Position numbers and translations under genes: made by a program
DNA from: Octopus bimaculoides
Taxonomy: Eukaryota
Direction: 5' to 3'
DNA: 56,433 nt
NCBI RefSeq assembly: GCF_001194135.2
Contig: NC_068986.1
Location: 79,947,521-80,003,953, forward strand
Shown: in pieces, positions 51,340 to 56,433 of the stretch
Numbering within the stretch: the first letter of the stretch is position 1
How the letters are laid out: each line of letters opens with the position of its first letter
The notes under the pieces: model-generated
The model's input: the letters and a program-made list of their open reading frames with translations, nothing else
Databases searched by the model: none
What the model was told of the DNA's origin: nothing

Positions 51340-51580
51340 ATCATCCTTTGGTGAAAATGAAAGTCTTCGCTCGAAGACTGGCTCATATTTTCTGTACTGT
51401 ATATTCCCAGGAGTGGGGCAAACAGTAATGTTTCTCAGAGATGTATAAATCATAAAATCTGAAAATTTAGTCGTTAGCTTCAATGAAGTAGTAAATTTTC
51501 CATTTGATATTGAAATTGTCATGTTTATCTTTTGGATCTTCCATGTACTTCAGTAAAGTCGGGTCTATAAGTCTAGTTAA
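51340..51580 (-). mobile_element. Fossil resembling the C-terminus of a Penelope-like GIY-YIG endonuclease
   Basis: One frame reads TLLKYMEDPKDKHDNFNIKWKIYYFIEAND*IFRFYDLYISEKHYCL. It parallels the recalled PLE pattern LSKYIWxLKD...FxIKWxI......C.LC..EK..I, with both Cys as Tyr (TGY->TAY). Alignment by eye only. Confidence 0.45.
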
Positions 51581-52959
51581 ATTTCTGGAAGTATGTGTGT
51601 AGGTCATACCTTAATCTAAACAGAATCACCGTTAATAATCAGTTCCTTTACAAACAGCACTAAACACGATAGACTAAAGAGCTCGTCAGACATTTACCAT
51701 TTAAAGGACATGTGCTGTTCATACATAACTGTATGAACAGCGAAAAATTAGTTTCTACAGTTGGCGTTGGACGCGACTCCAGCATGGCTATCAGTAATAG
51801 AATTCCATTTCCTAATATTGTGACAGTGTTTGTAATTTTGGGGAAAGTGTTAGTATATAAACTTTATAGCAATGAAAGTATTACGAGTTTATGAGGGATT
51901 ATATTATAGAATACTACGTTTTATATTTTTATCTTAGAATGTCATTATTTTTAATACTCTTAAGTTTATCTTTAAATGGCTAACCTGATTAACTTGATCT
52001 AATAACGAAATAGAATAGAGATTGGCAGTAGAGGGTGGGAGTGACTATCAACAGAAAGCAGACAAGTCACTGCATTAACCCGAAAACTTTAATAAATGAA
52101 TTCAGCAATAAAAAGAACGTAAAATATACCAACAAAATAATATTTTACAATAATAGATAAAAGTCAACACCCACATTGGTGAAAAAGAGTTAAGGAACTA
52201 ATAAACAGCACGATAGGACAAAAATATAATTTAGTGATACCGGACAGGATGCCTGGGGTATCAATGATTATACAACAGAACAGCAACTCCGAGAAACCAA
52301 ATACAGCAAGTTGACTATGATCTGAAGATAACTAATGAGTTTACATAAACTGCATGTAATAACAATATCAACAAATAATCAGAGAGAAATTACCAGGACA
52401 AATAAAATTTAGCGAGAAGCCAATGAGTGACAATTTAGAGATACAGGATACAATCATGAAAATTCAACTAATAATTAAAAAGCCGAATTGACAATTAAAT
52501 GTTCTATGACTAGCCAATGAAAGCGAAATTTGCTCAAGGAAACGAGATCAACTTAATGCTTCGATAAATATAAGCTAAGGTTGAAACATTCAAAGACAGT
52601 CGCCTGAATGGTTGCGGCTGTGTGAAACTTGCTTTACGAGAAAAAAGTAATGCAGGTTAAATAAACTACACACTCACACACATACATACATGTACACTAA
52701 CGCACGCACACAAATGCATACTCACGCACAGACACACACGCATACATACGCGCATAGATGTATGTATGTATGTATGTATGCATGCATGCATGTTGTGATT
52801 CAGCCCATTCACTGCTAATATTGAAATATTGTAATTGTTTTGACCAACCATACACAAACGCACCCACTCTCACAGAAAGACAGACTGACAGACAGACAGA
52901 CAGAGACAGAGATATTTATAAGTTTCAAATGTACAAACAACAAAGGACAGAGACGGATA

Positions 52960-53110
52960 AGAGAACAACAAACAAGGTGTGTTCGTTTGACGCTCCAAGA
53001 AGAATGGAAAAGTATTTGACGTTTCGAGCCTATGGTCTTCGACAGAAGGAAATAAGGGAAGAAAACGGAGAGACTAAAAAACGGACAGGAGAAAAGGTAT
53101 CTGGATTAAC
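52960..53110 (-). mobile_element. Second member of the hammerhead-bearing small repeat, degenerate core (CUGUCGA...GAAACGUC at 53018-53045)
   Basis: Shares gctcgaaacgt-aaatacttttc...gagcgtc and a pyrimidine-rich 5' flank with the copy at about 29915-30075. Confidence 0.5.
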
Positions 53111-53723
53111 GGTTTAATATTTCGAATTGTCTGCAAGGATGTAGTTGAATGGAAGGGGAGATTTATTGGTAGATATACATATATAAAAACGTATGCACAC
53201 ACACACACACACACAAATATATATATAACTATAGCCAATGAAATATCTGTAAGTATATATGAAAGTAAGTATATNNNNNNNNNNTGTATATATATAAATA
53301 TATTCATGTATTTCTCTATGCATTTATACTTTTCTCTTCCTCTATGCACAGCTGTCTGTCTCTTTCTAAATCTTTTCTTACATATGCGTCTATGTTTGCG
53401 AAAGAGAGGGGAAGAGAGATTCTGTTGTGTGTATGAATGCGTATTCGTTTGTATACGTGTGTATGTGTGCAGGTGAGTATATGTATACATACTGGGTTTC
53501 GAGAATATTCTTACAATATTCTCTCTCTGGTTTTATCATTAAAACTAGATCGTTTCGGTATTAAAAATAAAAGAAGTATGTCTGCTTCGACAGCTTCGTC
53601 AGCGCTTACAATTCTCTTATGAATTTTCACACACGTATACATATTTACAAATAATACATATTTTTGTACAAATATATACACATACATGCACACATACATG
53701 CATACATACATACATAAATACAA

Positions 53724-53766
<43 letters not shown>

Positions 53767-54029
53767 TATATATTCTTACACAAATGCACAGAGATACGTA
53801 AATGAATAGCGATCTTCAGGCTGGCATAAATACCTATGTAGAAATATTCATATACACGTTAATAAATGATTACTAAGTCGGTCGTGTTGGCACAGAGTTT
53901 GAGTGGGCGGTAGATCATTCGCAACAGTCTAACAAATTCTAAAAGAAAATATCTTGTGATATCACCCGCAACACAAAGAACAAGAAATTCAGGGCCATAC
54001 ATAATTACTCACACCAACAGACATACCCA

Positions 54030-54062
<33 letters not shown>

Positions 54063-54109
54063 TCACACATATATATACATGTGTGTGTATGAATATGTAC
54101 ATATCTACG

Positions 54110-54152
<43 letters not shown>

Positions 54153-54669
54153 NNNNNNNNNNNNNNNNNNNNNNNNNNNNNNNNNNNNNNNNNNNNNNNN
54201 NNNNNNNNNNNNNNNNNNNNNNNNNNNNNNNNNNNNNNNNNNNNNNNNNNNNNNNNNNNNNNNNNNNNNNNNNNNNNNNNNNNNNNNNNNNNNNNNNNNN
54301 NNNNNNNNNNNNNNNNNNNNNNNNNNNNNNNNNNNNNNNNNNNNNNNNNNNNNNNNNNNNNNNNNNNNNNNNNNNNNNNNNNNNNNNNNNNNNNNNNNNN
54401 NNNNNNNNNNNNNNNNNNNNNNNNNNNNNNNNNNNNNNNNNNNNNNNNNNNNNNNNNNNNNNNNNNNNNNNNNNNNNNNNNNNNNNNNNNNNNNNNNNNN
54501 NNNNNNNNNNNNNNNNNNNNNNNNNNNNNNNNNNNNNNNNNNNNNNNNNNNNNNNATATATATATATATATATATACACGTACATACATAAGTATTTAAC
54601 TGTTTGACTCAGCTCCATACGAATAAACGTTTCGCAGGCATGTAGGAGGGGCCCATCACAAAAATATCA

Positions 54670-54725
54670 CATATCTGATGAGATGGGGGTACGTCCTACA
54701 CATCCACGAAACTATAAGTCATATG
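54670..54725 (+). ncRNA. Type I hammerhead ribozyme motif, catalytic core intact
   Basis: CAUAU-CUGAUGA-[stem II 54682-54707, G-C closing pair]-GAAA-C-UAUAA-GUC-AUAUG. Stem I CAUAU/AUAUG is 5 perfect bp; stem III is A-U, C-G, U-A with an AUA loop; predicted cleavage after C54720. Confidence 0.72.
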
Positions 54726-55161
54726 AAGCTGAATCTAACTGTTATTTAAAAAGTATATATATATGTAACTCTTATCAAACGTGCTGAGTGACATTCTCTT
54801 TCGTTTGTCGACTCGTATATGTATTATGTATGTATGTATGTATGTATGTATGTATGTATGTATGTATGTATGTGTGTATGTATATGAATATCCACATGGG
54901 TATGCATGTATGCATATGTTGTGTTGACTGTGGCCCTGACGTTTCGGCTAAGAAGCTTCGAATTCACTGACAACCCTTTCCCTGCAAAAATATAATACGG
55001 TGCTCAAATCTATTGAGTAATCTCCTAATTAATGCCTGTATTTCTTTTAAATAGTGGTTCATAAAAACAAACATTAAAAAAGGTATTTATGCGTGTGTGC
55101 ATGTACGATCCCCCATATATGTGCGTGTGAGTTTGGTAAACGGAAACTGTGCGGAAGCCAA

Positions 55162-55218
<57 letters not shown>

Positions 55219-55367
55219 TGTGTGTGTGTTCAACCTAGTAAAGGAGTTCGTCTTCTAAGGGCACACAGTGAACTTTCCCCGAGATACGGATGGATGCTGA
55301 AATCTCAAAGAGAATAAGGGTAGGATTGAAGGCGTTTGCCTCAATGAAGGACGTGTTCAAAATAAAA

Positions 55368-55402
<35 letters not shown>

Positions 55403-55439
55403 ATACGATACGAGCCAGACTCTTCAATAACTCCGTCCT

Positions 55440-55810
55440 ACTTGGGCTCTTATACACAAGAGACACGCCGGCTACTACGAAGCCGATAGGACATCGATTG
55501 GCTATGATTCAAAGGGCCATGGAAAGAGCCATGCTAGGAGTATCACCAAGAAATCATATTCGAAATAAGATAATTCGAGAACGGAGAGGAATGAATGATG
55601 TGATCGCTGAGCACCGAATGCACGTATTCCGTGGGGCCGGACATGTCGCAAGGTTCACAGATAACCAGTGGACCCATGCAGTTGCCGTCTAGTATCCAAG
55701 AGATCGGATAAGGCCACTTGGAAGGCCTCCACGGCAATAGGAAGACGATTTAGTTAAACGATTTGGGTCAAGATGGTAGAGAATGGCGCATTCAAGAGAG
55801 ATTTGTGAAG
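55440..55810 (+). mobile_element. RTE-clade LINE 3' fragment (C-terminus of the RT ORF), decayed
   Basis: HRLAMIQRAMERAMLGVS..NHIRNKIIRER.GMNDVI...FR(W)AGHVARFTDNQWT.AV..*YPRDR.RPLGRPP.Q*EDDL matches the RTE C-terminal pattern QRxMERxMLG...WAGHVAR..D.RW...W.P....R..GRPP..W.DD. Confidence 0.85.
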
Positions 55811-56044
55811 AGCTGTGTCTAATAGCATCTTATTGTATGATCGATACTGCTATACTGTGATATACGTTTATAAACGATGTATCTCGAATGTCAATAAATC
55901 CATAATTACCTCAAAATGATGTATACTTAGCAAATATTTATAGCGTGATCGACTTTCAAATATATATACATACTTTACGGAAGTCTTATTTACATATTTG
56001 TCGATTCTTCTACATTTACGTTCAATGAATATAAGCATGGTTTT

Positions 56045-56394
56045 ACATATATATATATATATATATCACATATCATATTATATATAATATATATATCATA
56101 TATATATATAATATACATATATCATATATATACAATATATATATATATATCATGTATATATAATATATATATATATCATATTATATATATAATACATATA
56201 TATATCATATTATATATATAATACATATATATAATATATATATATATTATATATATACAATATATATATATCATATTATATATATATATCATATTATATA
56301 TATATCATATTATATATATATCATATTATATATATATATATATATATATATCATATTATATATATATCATATTATATATATATATATATATATC

Positions 56395-56425
<31 letters not shown>

Positions 56426-56433
56426 CATATTAT
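56045..56433. repeat. AT-rich minisatellite, unit about TATCATATTATATATA(TA)
   Basis: Direct inspection; runs off the window end. Confidence 0.9.

Noticed and set aside
53491-53530. 9-bp perfect stem next to GAAAC on the minus strand (hammerhead-like)
   Set aside because: The CUGANGA core is absent (CCAGAGA) and no stem I forms.

Overview
AT-rich, microsatellite-dense eukaryotic genomic DNA with several N gaps beside simple repeats. The SINE and MITE families look like those of Octopus (recognised from memory, not by a database search). Nearly all ORFs in the supplied track are artefacts of simple repeats or gaps. One real gene crosses the window on the minus strand. A 152-nt exon (21180-21331, missed by the ORF track) encodes the C-terminal two-thirds of a PDZ domain. 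It splices in frame to a 1103-nt Gln/Pro-rich exon (15193-16295). A 27-nt micro-exon (7659-7685) and a 53-nt exon (8853-8905) are weaker downstream candidates. The layout resembles N-terminal-PDZ cytoskeletal adaptors (synaptopodin-2 or PDLIM/Zasp type), but the gene cannot be named. The rest is intron filled with two abundant SINE families, mariner/Tc1/hAT MITEs, decayed mariner transposases, and RTE, CR1-like and Penelope-like fragments. The most notable non-coding signal is a set of hammerhead-ribozyme motifs. One is an apparently intact type I hammerhead (54670-54725) inside an imperfect palindrome. One is a minimal ACGU-palindrome form (29963-30000). Three are degenerate relatives. Several long fold-backs (inverted SINE pairs, an inverted mariner, two 110-120 nt hairpins) would form dsRNA in the pre-mRNA. 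SINE boundaries are approximate (about +/-15 nt).
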